Positions 12,172 through 23,551 of a stretch of DNA of 64,000 bases are shown one piece after another. Both the position numbers and the translations under genes were made by a program. Position 1 is the first letter of the stretch. The number at the start of each line of letters is the position of its first letter. The stretch spans positions 124,001-188,000 of the forward strand of contig AP026128.1 in NCBI GenBank assembly GCA_030295235.1, read 5' to 3'. This stretch comes from Fistulifera solaris. Its lineage: Eukaryota. The notes beneath the pieces were generated by a model. That model had not been told where the DNA came from. It saw only the letters and a program-made list of their open reading frames with translations, and did not search any database.

Positions 12172-12687
12172 ACACCCGCTCGCGTGAGGAAGTTTCGTAG
12201 ATCTCAGTTGTTGCCTATTGAGTTCTTGTGGCGAGACTTTGCTCCCCTTACATACATATTATACCGAAGACGAAGAAAAGTAGCTTGTAATTTCATTTGC
12301 TATTAAACAGGACGTCTTTATAAACAGTGCTGTGGTCTTTGTCTTTGTCGTCCCGTGCTGATCATCACTTTTGTTTGCAACGAGCGCAAAGCGGAGACGC
12401 GTGTACACCGGAACGACATTATGTGTGTTCGTCGGATGACGTCCACAATTCGTTCGTACAGAACGCTTGACATTGCTGATACCCGCTGCGAGTAATTCCG
12501 CGTCAGATTCATGCGCGATGATTCATTCCGGCACACCTTTTCTGCACTTTCATCCACCGTTCACAATTTCCGACTTTCGACACATCTCTTTTCTTTCGTT
12601 CGACGAATGAATCCGGATCATTCATCCGCCGCCAACAGAATATAAGAACCCTAGTCCTCCTTTCTGAGTTTGAACCGATCAAAGAAG

Positions 12688-13515
12688 ATGATGAACGAAG
12701 CACACTTCATACGGCTGGTCGTCCTGTATTCTCTTTTCTGTGGCCCCGTCGCCGCCAATTGTCCCCCGTCCGTCGTTTCCTCGTTCGAAGAATTGCACGA
12801 ATATTGCCCGGACGCCAGTGCCGACAATGGTGACTACGCCTGCTACAAACACGATCGTGTGGTGTGTCGAGGATCGATTGATCATCGGCATACACCGCCG
12901 TCGTGTACGCATTCCTCGATTCGCGATTGCGGGGACGATGAATATTATCACGTGTGTGCGTATGGACACAAAAATTGCAATCATCGTTCCGATTTTACCT
13001 TTGTTTGTTGGGACAAGCAACAAGGACATTGGTGCCAAGGATCCATTGAACCCGACAAAGGAGCGTGGTCGCATCCGACGTGTCCTCGCGAGGCTATCTA
13101 CGATTGTGGGGAATTGTATCGATACGGATTGAATGTCGATCGAGATTGTTCTTGTTCCGGATTTTTCGGAGGCCCCGTTCAATATGAATGCCGTGAACCG
13201 AATGGTCGTATTTGGTGTTCGCATCGAACGAGCTTTTTCGGAGGTCATTCATCGTCCTGGTCGTCGAGTTGGACATGGAGTGCGTTGTGGGTCTGGGGAA
13301 CATCTTCTCATCATACGGCGGAGAATAAGGAATATTCTGCTACGCGAAAATCTGTTGGACCGTGGGCGATCGGTTGCATCGCGATTTTGGCTGTATTGGC
13401 AGTTGTAGTTGGCCGCCGAAAGGAAACAAGACGAGTTCCCCAATATATTCAGACAAATGAGCAGCCACATGCTCATGAATCGACGGCCCTCTTGTCGACT
13501 TCGCTTAAACTGTAA
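12688..13515 (+). CDS. Cys-rich type I membrane protein
   Basis: Signal peptide (FIRLVVLYSLFCGPVAA), Cys-rich repeats, C-terminal TM PWAIGCIAILAVLAVVVG followed by RRK. Confidence 0.7.
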   Translation: MMNEAHFIRLVVLYSLFCGPVAANCPPSVVSSFEELHEYCPDASADNGDYACYKHDRVVCRGSIDHRHTPPSCTHSSIRDCGDDEYYHVCAYGHKNCNHRSDFTFVCWDKQQGHWCQGSIEPDKGAWSHPTCPREAIYDCGELYRYGLNVDRDCSCSGFFGGPVQYECREPNGRIWCSHRTSFFGGHSSSWSSSWTWSALWVWGTSSHHTAENKEYSATRKSVGPWAIGCIAILAVLAVVVGRRKETRRVPQYIQTNEQPHAHESTALLSTSLKL

Positions 13516-13670
13516 TTCACTTCTGAATCAATGCATTGCAAATCATCATCGTAAGGCATTCTGCCTCTTCCTCACAAGTTAATATACAAATCATACATAG
13601 AGGATACATAAACTTGAGTCCCTCAATTTGCCTACTAAATTTACAATGTATTCTGCGTCTAAATGAACTT

Positions 13671-14228
13671 CTAAGCTTCATCCATTCGGTCGTCGGCAGT
13701 AGACGATACAGCTTTCGGATTGGCCAACTCGCGCAACGCACTCGATTTTTTGCGGGCCGCAATGCGGGCTTTCGCGGAATCGACCACATTCCGCATGACT
13801 TGTTCGCGGGTGGCGACCGCCGGGGCCAACAAATCAATCGATTTCTCAATCTCGACACGCGCCTGTTTCTTCTTTTCGACCGCCGCATCTTTCATACGGG
13901 CCGCGAAGAAGCGTTGATCGCGGGCCGTTTGAATTTCTGTGACTTTCTGCATCGCTTGTAAGGTCTGGCCCATTAAGTGACGGTCGTATTTGACGGGACG
14001 ATTACGGCGTTTCTCAAATTCGAATGTACTATCGACGGCCATTTCTTTGCCGCGTGTTTTGCGGAAGGCTTTCGTCCAAGCAACTTTGCGTGGATTGCGT
14101 TTCTTGTTAAAGTTGCGAATGCATTTTGAGCGGCAGAAACGAAATTGTTTGCTGTCGTTGCGTACAAACACCATGCCGTGTCCCGGATAACATGGGCTGG
14201 AGCAGAAATAGCACTTTTCAATTCTCAT
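13671..14228 (-). CDS. RLP24: Ribosome biogenesis protein RLP24 (RSL24D1)
   Basis: [23 protein letters not shown]...FRFCRSKC...[39 protein letters not shown] is diagnostic. Confidence 0.96.
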   Translation of the reverse strand: MRIEKCYFCSSPCYPGHGMVFVRNDSKQFRFCRSKCIRNFNKKRNPRKVAWTKAFRKTRGKEMAVDSTFEFEKRRNRPVKYDRHLMGQTLQAMQKVTEIQTARDQRFFAARMKDAAVEKKKQARVEIEKSIDLLAPAVATREQVMRNVVDSAKARIAARKKSSALRELANPKAVSSTADDRMDEA

Positions 14229-14585
14229 TCTTGTGTTGTTGCTAGTGTATTGTTAAGCTATACAAAAACAAGCTGTTACTGCTATTCTTGTTGTCGTGCA
14301 TGTCTGCCGCGCCTTATTTTCCTTGGAAATTAGTTCGAAGTTCAATGGTGGTGAAATTTACGTCCGTCCGTCGTCAATGGCCAAATAAGGGACTTCCTAA
14401 AATCGCAGCGGTACCGACATATCTCGGGCAAGAGCGGAGAAAGAGCTGCAACTATTTATCGTTAGCTTTAGACCATTCTTATGAAAACCGCTTTTGCTTT
14501 GCAACAAAATTCAAATAGAAACGCTTCTACTTCGACTTACACATTGTACAAAAAGATGAACTCGTGGGATTGCTAATGATTGTCA

Positions 14586-15565
14586 TCAAACATCCCGGAT
14601 GTTCCTCCAAGCTTCTTGCATCCGCCGAGCTTGTCCTCGAGTGAAGATGTCATCGCATCCCGATGGAGCGTAATCCATAATGTTGTCCAACGGATCTCGT
14701 CCGCGTTGGTTCGGACAGGTATCTGGTAGGGGATTGGGGCATTTGCCTTCATATATTCCGTGATACGATGCCTGAGCGTTGGTGTCGTCGACCATATCTC
14801 CCGGAGAACAACCTCCATCAAAGGTGTGCAAAAGGTTCATCCAATGCCCTGGACAAACGTGAGACTTACGTAGGATAGAGAGCTTGTGAGATTTTTTGTG
14901 AGCTTACCTACTTCGTGTGCCAACGTGGTCTCATCAATACCACCTGTACACCCAGAATCGATTACGACGCCATCTCTGGTTCCCATTGAAACGGCATTCT
15001 CAGCCGAGTTTGCGTAACCACAAAAACGTTCGTTTCCCAAAATGGCGGCTTTGTAATAGACATTGAGTGTGTTGAGCCCCCCTTCCTTGTATTGACGTTC
15101 CATGGCATTCTGCTCTGGCGAATCCCAATTGGACATGTACCAGCTGTCACTAGTGACTCGGTTTGTCAACACAACATTCAACTGAAATCCGGTCGATGAT
15201 AGAAGCTTGTTGGTGACTCTAATATTTTCTTTGAGAACAGCGTCTGACAAGAATCCGGTTCCGTCGGTCATTTGGATGGCGTGAAGGTAGGTGTCGATCT
15301 CGGTTCGAGCGCGCCCAAAAATGCAAGGGAACCCAATCTGTGATGTAAATCCTCGCTCCTGTTCTACTCGTGCCACCCGCTCTTCTTGTGCAATGGCCAT
15401 CTTTTGAATGGTAGCACTATCTGGCGCTTGATATCCACAACCGCGTGGCTTCTGCGAAAGGAGTCGGTGATGGCCATGACCGTGGAGGATATTATCCTCA
15501 TGATCATGCGAGAGGACAAACGGTGCAGATAGAGCGCAAAAGAGAAACACAGTCAATTTCGCCAT
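14586..15565 (-). CDS. Secreted M43 (pappalysin/ulilysin-like) zinc metalloprotease, copy 1; intron 14849..14907
   Basis: Signal peptide and pro-peptide RGCG. Splicing rebuilds LAHEVG-HWMNLLHTF (HExxHxxxxxH). Met-turn NIMDY and FTRGQARRM. Confidence 0.9.
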
Positions 15566-15980
15566 TTTCTTTTGCCTTTGAAAACTTTTTTCTTGTTGAG
15601 AAAGGCGCTCATTATTTTTTACGTGTGGCCAAAAGGAGAAAACGGAGACGCGACGACCCGACGACCTCCTTTTCGTACATTATCAGGTATAGTTCATCCA
15701 AAACACATGCGACAGTCCCAGTTTCCAGTGATTTTCTCACAGTACAATTAGTAGTAGCTAATAAAAAATCGATACAATTGTACCTAATTAAAACCGAATA
15801 CCGACAATAGATGACGGGGAGACTGGAGACTCCACGAAAAATTAACAAGATGCAATGTCCCAGATTTATAGGGCTATTGTTGGAACTTGGAACTGATGTC
15901 AAATGTCTTGTGTCCAGTGCAGTCCCCTCACTGTCTTTTCTTGGACAATTCAAGAATGCTTTACGAGGAGCTCTACGCGG

Positions 15981-16463
15981 ACTATTTTTACACACTATTT
16001 TTACACAATGTTGGAGCCATCGTGGCGGCACGAAGAACTGCTCATTTTCCTTTTCAAAATTATCAATATACTCGAGAAAGGCTTGAATTATACAAGTAAT
16101 GAAATAAAATCGCCATTTATAGACTAGAACGCTTTGAGAATGACAGTTGAAAATACATAGTTTTTTGCATAGTGTGTAAAATACGTTCCGCGTAGAACCT
16201 GGTACATTTTTCTACGACACCGATTTACACAATTTTTACACAATTCGTCTTCGACGCCGGCACACCCCATACTTCGAACAGTGATAACTCAACGAAAACA
16301 TGCCAGATAACGACAATCCGTGGTGTTCTGTGAACCGAAAATAATTGTCTGTTGAGAGGTTGTCTTGCGTGAAAGATTGAAGGTGTCACTCTGAAATTAC
16401 AAAAGGTTTAATCGAATTGTGTAAATTTAGTGTGTAAAAATCGTCATAGTGTGTAAAAATAGT
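15981..16463. repeat. Inverted-repeat element (possible MITE/foldback remnant) with 8 TTTACACA motifs
   Basis: Perfect 18-bp inverted repeat ACTATTTTTACACACTAT (15981-15998) / ATAGTGTGTAAAAATAGT (16446-16463), plus an inner 13-bp inverted pair at 16235-16247 / 16413-16425. Confidence 0.55.
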
Positions 16464-16613
16464 TTTTTACTGGTATTGCAATATTTTGATATTTAGATGT
16501 AAAATTAGTCTGTCTCCGTGGTTAACACAATAATAATCCGTATATATCAATAACTTCCGTTTATGAACTTGCAAATAGTGGTACCGTACCAGGTACTAGT
16601 CGACCGTCCCTCA

Positions 16614-17622
16614 TCAAGCATCTCGGATATTCCTCCAAGCTTCTTGCATCCGTCTTGCTTGACCTCGAGTAAAACGATCAACACATTCCGACGGAGCGTA
16701 ATCCATAATGTTGTCCAAGGGATCTCGCCCGGGCTGATCCGGGCACGTATCAGGTAGCGGATCGGGACAGTCGTAGCCAGATCCTGTGTAATACGAGGCC
16801 TGAGCATTTGTGTCGTCCACCAAGTCTCCAGGAGAACAACCTCCGTCAAAGGTGTGAAGTAGATTCATCCAATGTCCTGAAAGTAATCGTAAAGCGTAAG
16901 TTCAAAATGGTTGAATTTCAACATTTCCGGATTGATTGCCTGTCAATGAATTTACCAACTTCATGCGCCAATACCGCGTCAGCAGTAGCACAATTTGAAT
17001 CCATTACAATGCCATCTTGAGTTCCCGCCGAGATAGCATCCTCGGCCAAGTTCGCATAACCACAATAACGCTCGCTGCCTAAAATTGCAGCTTTGTAGTA
17101 AATATTGAGTATATTGGGGCCTCCTTCCTTATACTGACTTTCCATGGCTTTCTGCTCCTCGGAATTCCATTTGGATATGTACCAGATATCACTAGTGACG
17201 CGATTCATCGAAATGAGATTTAACTGGAAGCCGGTCGATAGTAAGTGCTTGTTAGCGCTTTCCACACTTTGTTCGAGTACAGCATCAGACAAAAAGCCGG
17301 TTCCGTTGGTCATTTCAATAGCATGAATGTAAGTGTCGATGTGGACGACTTGGGTGTCAGAGCGCGCAGGGTTGCAGCGGAAAAGAGCTTGCGATGTAAT
17401 TGCGCGCTCCTGTTCTATCCGCGCCACCCGCTCCTCTTGAGCGATGGCCAGTCTTTCAATGGTAGCTTTATCCGGTGCTTGAAACCCACAACCATGAGGC
17501 TCCTGCGAAAGGAGTCGGTGGTGGTCATGGTTGTGGAAGATATGACCCTCGTGATCATGTGACAGGACAGTTGACGCAAAGAGTGCGCATAAAAGAATTA
17601 CGATCGACATCACCATTGTCAT
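16614..17622 (-). CDS. Secreted M43 zinc metalloprotease, copy 2; intron 16877..16955
   Basis: Same architecture as copy 1: HGCG pro-peptide, LAHEVG-HWMNLLHTF across the intron, NIMDY. Confidence 0.9.
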
Positions 17623-18403
17623 TCGGTTTGTAACTTAGCAGCAGGTCGTTAAGTACCGGTAAAATCACACAATAATGGAAAACGTTGGCATTTGTTTTCT
17701 CTTTTCCCAACAAATGTAAGGCAAGACAAAACGCAAAACGACGAAAGTCACAAGGTTCGGACCATGCTCTTGGTCTTGACAATTTTCTTACTGGTAGTTC
17801 CCCCGTTCTTAGTTTTTACTCTTTACCTTGGGTTCGCTGGACAGTCAACACTCAATACTCAATTTTTTTCAATATTGATTTAAAGTACGGAATTTCATTT
17901 CAAGATCTTCATGGGAGTGTTCTACCGTCATCATCATGTACTCCGTATTCCGTGGCTCTTAGGCCAAGTTTCAAAATTCAAAAAGACGTAGGCGCGTGGC
18001 GCGTATGCGTCAACTCCAGTATTTAGTATTTCTGAAGTTGGGCGCGAGGCGCGAGGAGTCTTGAGGTAGTACCAACGGGCTAAGGTTAATGGCGACGCTA
18101 ATGCCTACAATAATGGATTCGCTGAACTCCGTCCTTGGTCCACAATTTAGAGTGCCGGCCGTAAGATTAGGAAACTTCTGATATTCGCTGGAAAGGATGA
18201 TTCTTCTATCCTGCGAGTGATCATCTGAGTGGGTGGTGCGTTACACATGGCTCATGGCTATAGTGGTCGAAGTAAGTCGAAGACGCTGATTACTGCATGC
18301 CGGACTCGCGACGGGCAACGACGAATGAATAACGTGAACCAATGATTTCGAGAGATTACTAATATTAAACGCAGTGTCGAAAAGTGTTCCCTGGATAGCC
18401 TCG

Positions 18404-19341
18404 TCAAGCTCTTCGGATGTTCCTCCAAGCGTTTTGCATGCGTTGGACTTGACCTGGGGTAAAGATATCACCACATCCGCTCGGAGCATAATCCATAATA
18501 TTATCCAAGGGATCGAAACCCGCGTCGGGGCACGTATCGGGTAACGGATCGGGGCACTCGTCACTCAAGTATCTCATCGGCATGGCCTGTCCGTTCGTGT
18601 CGTCCACCAGATCTCCAGGAAAACAACCTCCATCAAATGTGTGCAGAAGATTCATCCAATGACCTTGCAAGAAAGAACCTTTTAGTGAGATAATGTGCTA
18701 CACTTTCATCCCAAAATGCCGACCAACGTACCGAATTCATGAGCCAATATGGTCTTGTTGGTAGCGCAACGCATATCGATAACAACTCCATCGTCTTCCG
18801 GCCAATACACCGCATCGTCGGCCAAGTTCGCGTAACCACAAACACGGTCACCATCTACAATAGCGGCCTTGTAATAAATATTCAACGTATCAAGTCCTCC
18901 TTGTTTCAGTTGATGCCCCATGTCCATTTCTTCGTCGGATTGCGATTCAGACAGATACCAAACATCATTCGTGATGCGCTTCGTCGAAACGACTTTCAAT
19001 TGAAACCCGGTCGACAGTAGCAGCTCGTTCGTGACTTGGATGCTCTCTTCCAAGACCGCGTCGGGTAGATGGCCCGTTCGATTCATCATTTGAATGACAT
19101 GAATGTACGTATCAATCGTTCGGAAGCGAGAGCCACCACGACAGGCTTCACAACGAAAGAGCGCACGTGGCGACGGAGTGCTCGCTTGTAAATGTCGTTC
19201 GCGATGGGCCATTGCTTGAATGGCGGCCACATCGGGGGCACGATAGCCACAGCTCGGCGAAGAATCAAAATGATCATGTGAGCAGACTACCGCGACGGCG
19301 AAATACAACAGAATGACGCTCACTGCCTTCATTGTAATCAA
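18404..19341 (-). CDS. Secreted M43 zinc metalloprotease, copy 3; intron 18664..18731
   Basis: PSCG pro-peptide, LAHEFG-HWMNLLHTF across the intron, NIMDY, FTPGQVQRM. Confidence 0.9.
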
Positions 19342-19818
19342 CTTTCAAGGGGCAAATGATTGTATTGATTCCTCGTAACATCAACATACCAGGTACAAGG
19401 ACGATGACGGATTTTATTGTCACACGAAAAAACATGCCGCCAGTGGGAGTAATTGATGGGGACTCCCACCTCCCTTTTCCCGCACAGTTCTCTCTTTTTG
19501 TCAGCATTAGATTATAAAAAAAGAACCAAGAAAGAAAAAGTGAAATGGACTCCCACCGTTTCGTTCTCGCCATAGCATGCAAATCAATGCAGCAAAAATA
19601 ATCGCTGTGCGGTGGAAATTGTTAAAGTGACGTATGATTTACGAATCAACAAACACGAGTAAATCCCTAGCTTATTCACGATAATCATTTTTGTTTGACT
19701 AGAAGGTTCGAAACGGAGTAGGTTTTCCTTCTATGATATAAAATACTGCATTACATTATACACGGACCATATGCCAGTCCTATACCATATGCATCAACAT
19801 TAATCATCACCATTCGTA

Positions 19819-22800
19819 TCATTGGACCAGAAGCACTTGGAACCACTCCATCGTCCAACCCGCTTCGGTGGAAACAATTTCCAATTGTTGGGTTCCTTGT
19901 GTTAAAGCTGCATTCGCATACACGTACGTCCATTCGTCTCGTCGGGTCGTTAACGGCAAGGTATCAATTCTTGTCAGCGATACTCCATTGGACAATAGTT
20001 CCAATCCTCCACTGCCATCCATACTCGATACTTTGAACAAAAACTCGTACGTTCCGGTCGATCCAATTTCCACTTTGTACGACGCCGAATCGCCCTGATT
20101 CAACCAGCTCTCTTCTTCGATCACGCCGACTTGTTGCAATGAACAGTATTCGTCTCGTGCCACGCGGGACGGTTGCGTGGGGTCGACATAAATGACAGCG
20201 GCAGTGTCACATCCTGATCCACCACCACCCAATAAAGATCCCAAAAAGGAAGGATTGCGTGTACATTGAGTCAAATTGGTATTGTTGGCTAGTGACATCA
20301 GAGCCAGGACTCCTTCTTCGGCTTTGTAAGTCGAATTGGTCTGCGTCGTGGCATTCAACGCCAACACTTCTGCGAAAATATCGGTGGAAGGCGCTGCCGC
20401 AGCCAAATGATTCACCAGATCCTTATAGAGATCTGTCGCTGAAACGGAAAATGCGCTAGCCGACGAATCTAACATTTTCCAGGTCCACCAGGACCAGCTT
20501 GTTTGTGTCTTTTCCAACTCTTCGACGGCTTCCGCATTCCAGGTGTCATCGTAAGCACCCGGTTTGAAGAAGAGAGGCACATCGTAAGACTCACTATAAT
20601 TGGTAAATAGAAGCAACTGATCGGTAAAGTTGGCTTCTCCTTCGTCTTGAAAGCCAAGAACCAGGTTTTTGTCGTCCATTGGCCACAAACCGGTGTGGTG
20701 GCTTCCGCCACAATTTCCATTGATGACAATCATGTGATTCTGATCGACGGCACGAATGGCATCGATGGCCTGCATATAGAATGATTTGAGCTCAGCATTG
20801 TCTTCCTCAAGGCATGTTGCGTTGGTGTCGTTGGAAAATGTCCAATTCACGGCGCTGAGAAGTTCGTATCCGGCGATCCAAGGATTTTCGGAATAGCGGT
20901 AGGCCAATGCCTGCCACAAAACCAGGGTTTTGTACTGATTGTCAGGGCTTTCGAATAAAGCAGGCCGAGAAGCGTTGTAGTCGGTGATCGACATTTCGCG
21001 GGATTGACCGCCCGGCGCCGCTTGCAAGTCTAATATCACGTACACTCCTTCTTCGGCACACCACGAGAGAAGGTCGTCCAACAATTTGAACCCAGTGCCG
21101 ACCCAGCTCGTCAGTCCTTTAATGGGCTCATCTTCCACTGATAAAGTAAATAGCTCGTAGTGCATTGGCACGCGGACAAGATTAAAGCCGATCGATTTCA
21201 TTTCTTTGATATCTTGTCGAGAAACGAAATTATCGAGCCATCTCTGCTTAAACTTGGCATGATTTTCGGCACCAACAATATTTTTTAACTTCTGATGATA
21301 TTCACTTGGAGATTTCGCGAATTCATCCGCCAGCATCATGTCGGGCTCTTGAACCATCCATCCGCCCAGTGATATTCCCTTGAATTGCACGGCGAAGCCT
21401 TCCGGATCCACAATGATTTGCTCGTATGCGCGGACGAATCCAGTGGGATCTGTTTCACTCTCCGTGAATGTTGGCACTTCTTCAATCTTGAGCCATAGCA
21501 GGCTCCAGCCCGGCTCCGTGGCAAGAATTTGTAAATCAAAGGAACCTCGTGGCAGGTCCACGAATCGAGTGACAGTTCTCCAGGTCATCCAGTTTCCTGT
21601 TGCGGGTAAATCATCATAGGCGGCAAAGGTTTCCTGAGTTTCATAGTTCATCATCTCGAAAGCACCTTCTCCTTTGGGACTCGAAATGCGCATTTTCACC
21701 GCGTATCGTCCGCTGACGGGAAGCTGCAGGGGATACGCCACCCAGTTGCCGGCATTCATCATTTCGACATCCATCTCGACACCTTCTTTGTAACTATAGT
21801 CAGTAGCATCGAACGTTATGGAATACACGTCGACTTCATTGGCAGTAAGTGATGTAGGCGCAGAAGTGGGTTTTGACGGGGTAGCATTTGATTCAGGCTC
21901 CTCTTTCCTGACAGGAGCTTTTGTCGGACGATCGGGTTCTCTTTCTTTGACGGGTGCTTTTACGGGCGCATCGGGTTCCCTTTCCTTGACGGGAGGTTTC
22001 ACGGGTGCTCTGGTAGGACGATTCAGTTCCTTGATAGGAGCTTTTACGGGGGCATCAGGTTCCCTTTCCTTGACGGGTGGTTTAACGGGGGCGTTAGGTT
22101 CTCTTTCCTTGACGGGAGTTTTCACGGGGGCATCACTAGGTGCCGATGTGGGCGGAGACCTTTGTGGAGCAGGTTTGGGTGCTCGGACCGGAGCCTTGGT
22201 AGGAGCACGACTCGGTGCAGATGTCGGCTTCGCGTCCTGTTGTTTCGGTGGTTTCTTTTGTTTGACAGGAGACTTGGTAGGATCACTGACAGGACTTTTG
22301 GTAGGAACATTGGTCGGTGACTTGGTAGGATTGTTAATGGGTGTTTTCGTGGGATTGTGGGTTGGTGATTGGGTCGGGGTCGCTGTAGGCGACTTAGTTT
22401 TGGGACTTTTTTCCTTGGTGGGCGCTTTCGTGGGAGCCTCATCTTCATTCAAGTCAATAATCAACTTGAGCGAGATCCATTGCATATTCCATCCAGATTC
22501 TTTTGACCGAATTTGTAAAGTAAGTTCCCCTTTTGGTAGTTCCACCTCCCTACGGACTGTTTTCAACGTTTCATAATCTCCCGTCTCCGGTAATTTGTCG
22601 AATGTACTGTAAACTTCGTTCGTATCCTGATTGACCAATTCAAAGGCTCCATCCCCTTCTGGACTCGCAATACTAAGTTCAATTTCGTACGTTCCCGTGA
22701 CGGGAAGTGCCACCGCGTAAGCCACCCAGTCGCCGGGTTCCAACCATCCCACCGTCTCGGAGCCTTCCGCTGTTTCCATTTGCATACCGCCTTCCATGTC

Positions 22801-22995
22801 AATGAATTGGTCTGCCGCGATTTGTGTTGAAAAGCCGGGGACTTCATCGGCCACAAATTCTCCCACCAACGGTGGACCATTGAGGGTATATTCTCGAATG
22901 GACGATCGTATTTGCGGTAGCGGTACGGCCGATGATACCGCCGATGCATACGGCACGACAATAAACGCTAATCCTACGAGGAGAACTCGTATCAT
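19819..22995 (-). CDS. Secreted CBM6 - Pro/Thr/Lys linker - CBM6 - GH5-like (catalytic Glu residues absent) - CBM6 protein
   Basis: Signal peptide from ATG 22995 (MIRVLLVGLAFIVVPYASA). Three CBM6-like modules (GDWVAY...GTYE.....AS..G.G...LP.TG...GWN..W). GH5 barrel motifs SLGGWMVQE, GFNLVRVPMHY, VILDLQAAPGGQ, AIRAVDQNH, WSWWTWK. Confidence 0.85.
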   Translation of the reverse strand: MIRVLLVGLAFIVVPYASAVSSAVPLPQIRSSIREYTLNGPPLVGEFVADEVPGFSTQIAADQFIDMEGGMQMETAEGSETVGWLEPGDWVAYAVALPVTGTYEIELSIASPEGDGAFELVNQDTNEVYSTFDKLPETGDYETLKTVRREVELPKGELTLQIRSKESGWNMQWISLKLIIDLNEDEAPTKAPTKEKSPKTKSPTATPTQSPTHNPTKTPINNPTKSPTNVPTKSPVSDPTKSPVKQKKPPKQQDAKPTSAPSRAPTKAPVRAPKPAPQRSPPTSAPSDAPVKTPVKEREPNAPVKPPVKEREPDAPVKAPIKELNRPTRAPVKPPVKEREPDAPVKAPVKEREPDRPTKAPVRKEEPESNATPSKPTSAPTSLTANEVDVYSITFDATDYSYKEGVEMDVEMMNAGNWVAYPLQLPVSGRYAVKMRISSPKGEGAFEMMNYETQETFAAYDDLPATGNWMTWRTVTRFVDLPRGSFDLQILATEPGWSLLWLKIEEVPTFTESETDPTGFVRAYEQIIVDPEGFAVQFKGISLGGWMVQEPDMMLADEFAKSPSEYHQKLKNIVGAENHAKFKQRWLDNFVSRQDIKEMKSIGFNLVRVPMHYELFTLSVEDEPIKGLTSWVGTGFKLLDDLLSWCAEEGVYVILDLQAAPGGQSREMSITDYNASRPALFESPDNQYKTLVLWQALAYRYSENPWIAGYELLSAVNWTFSNDTNATCLEEDNAELKSFYMQAIDAIRAVDQNHMIVINGNCGGSHHTGLWPMDDKNLVLGFQDEGEANFTDQLLLFTNYSESYDVPLFFKPGAYDDTWNAEAVEELEKTQTSWSWWTWKMLDSSASAFSVSATDLYKDLVNHLAAAAPSTDIFAEVLALNATTQTNSTYKAEEGVLALMSLANNTNLTQCTRNPSFLGSLLGGGGSGCDTAAVIYVDPTQPSRVARDEYCSLQQVGVIEEESWLNQGDSASYKVEIGSTGTYEFLFKVSSMDGSGGLELLSNGVSLTRIDTLPLTTRRDEWTYVYANAALTQGTQQLEIVSTEAGWTMEWFQVLLVQ
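21895..22445 (-). repeat. Coding tandem repeats: PT(K/N)(S/A/T)P units and ~13-aa PVKEREP(D/N)APVK units
   Basis: GGTTC(C/T)CTTTC(C/T)TTGACGGG recurs near 21934, 21974, 22058 and 22097. PTxxP repeats lie at 22270-22440. Confidence 0.85.
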
Positions 22996-23551
22996 TATGA
23001 ATAAATTGCTGCCTTTTGCCGTTGTCGAGGGTGCTACTGGGGACTGTTGTGTTGTAGTTTGCAGAGCGTGTATATTCGGTGTTGGATAATCCAGAGAAGG
23101 AAGGATAGCCAATTGATCCGAGGAGGATTGAAAGTAAAGAGGTGATATATTTCGTTGTTGTTGATGCCAATCGAATCGTTTGTGCCCCATTTTCGTCCAT
23201 TTTGTTCGTTGTCTTTGCGAACCTTAAGGAGGGTGACTATAGACAGAAAAGTAGAAGTCATGTAAATGCGATAGGGCTTCGCGCTTCGCACGAATTAGAT
23301 TACCGGTACTGTATTTACCAAGTGAAACTGACCGATGGCCATTTTTCTGTGCGGACGGACAACTTCGTTGGCCCAATGCGAAATTTTTAGTGAGGCACAG
23401 CACACGCAACGTTTCTCCGGTAGAATTTGGAATACGGAATTTTGCAAAGCGCTTGTTAACACGAGTAACTGGCGACTGCGATGGCGAACGCAGGGCGGAC
23501 GCGTTTTCAACCGATCGACTTTGACTTTGATGATGATTACTTTTATTATTA

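Noticed and set aside
21818..22576. 252-aa Gly/Leu/Val-rich plus-strand ORF
   Set aside because: Antisense shadow of the Pro/Thr/Lys linker repeats.
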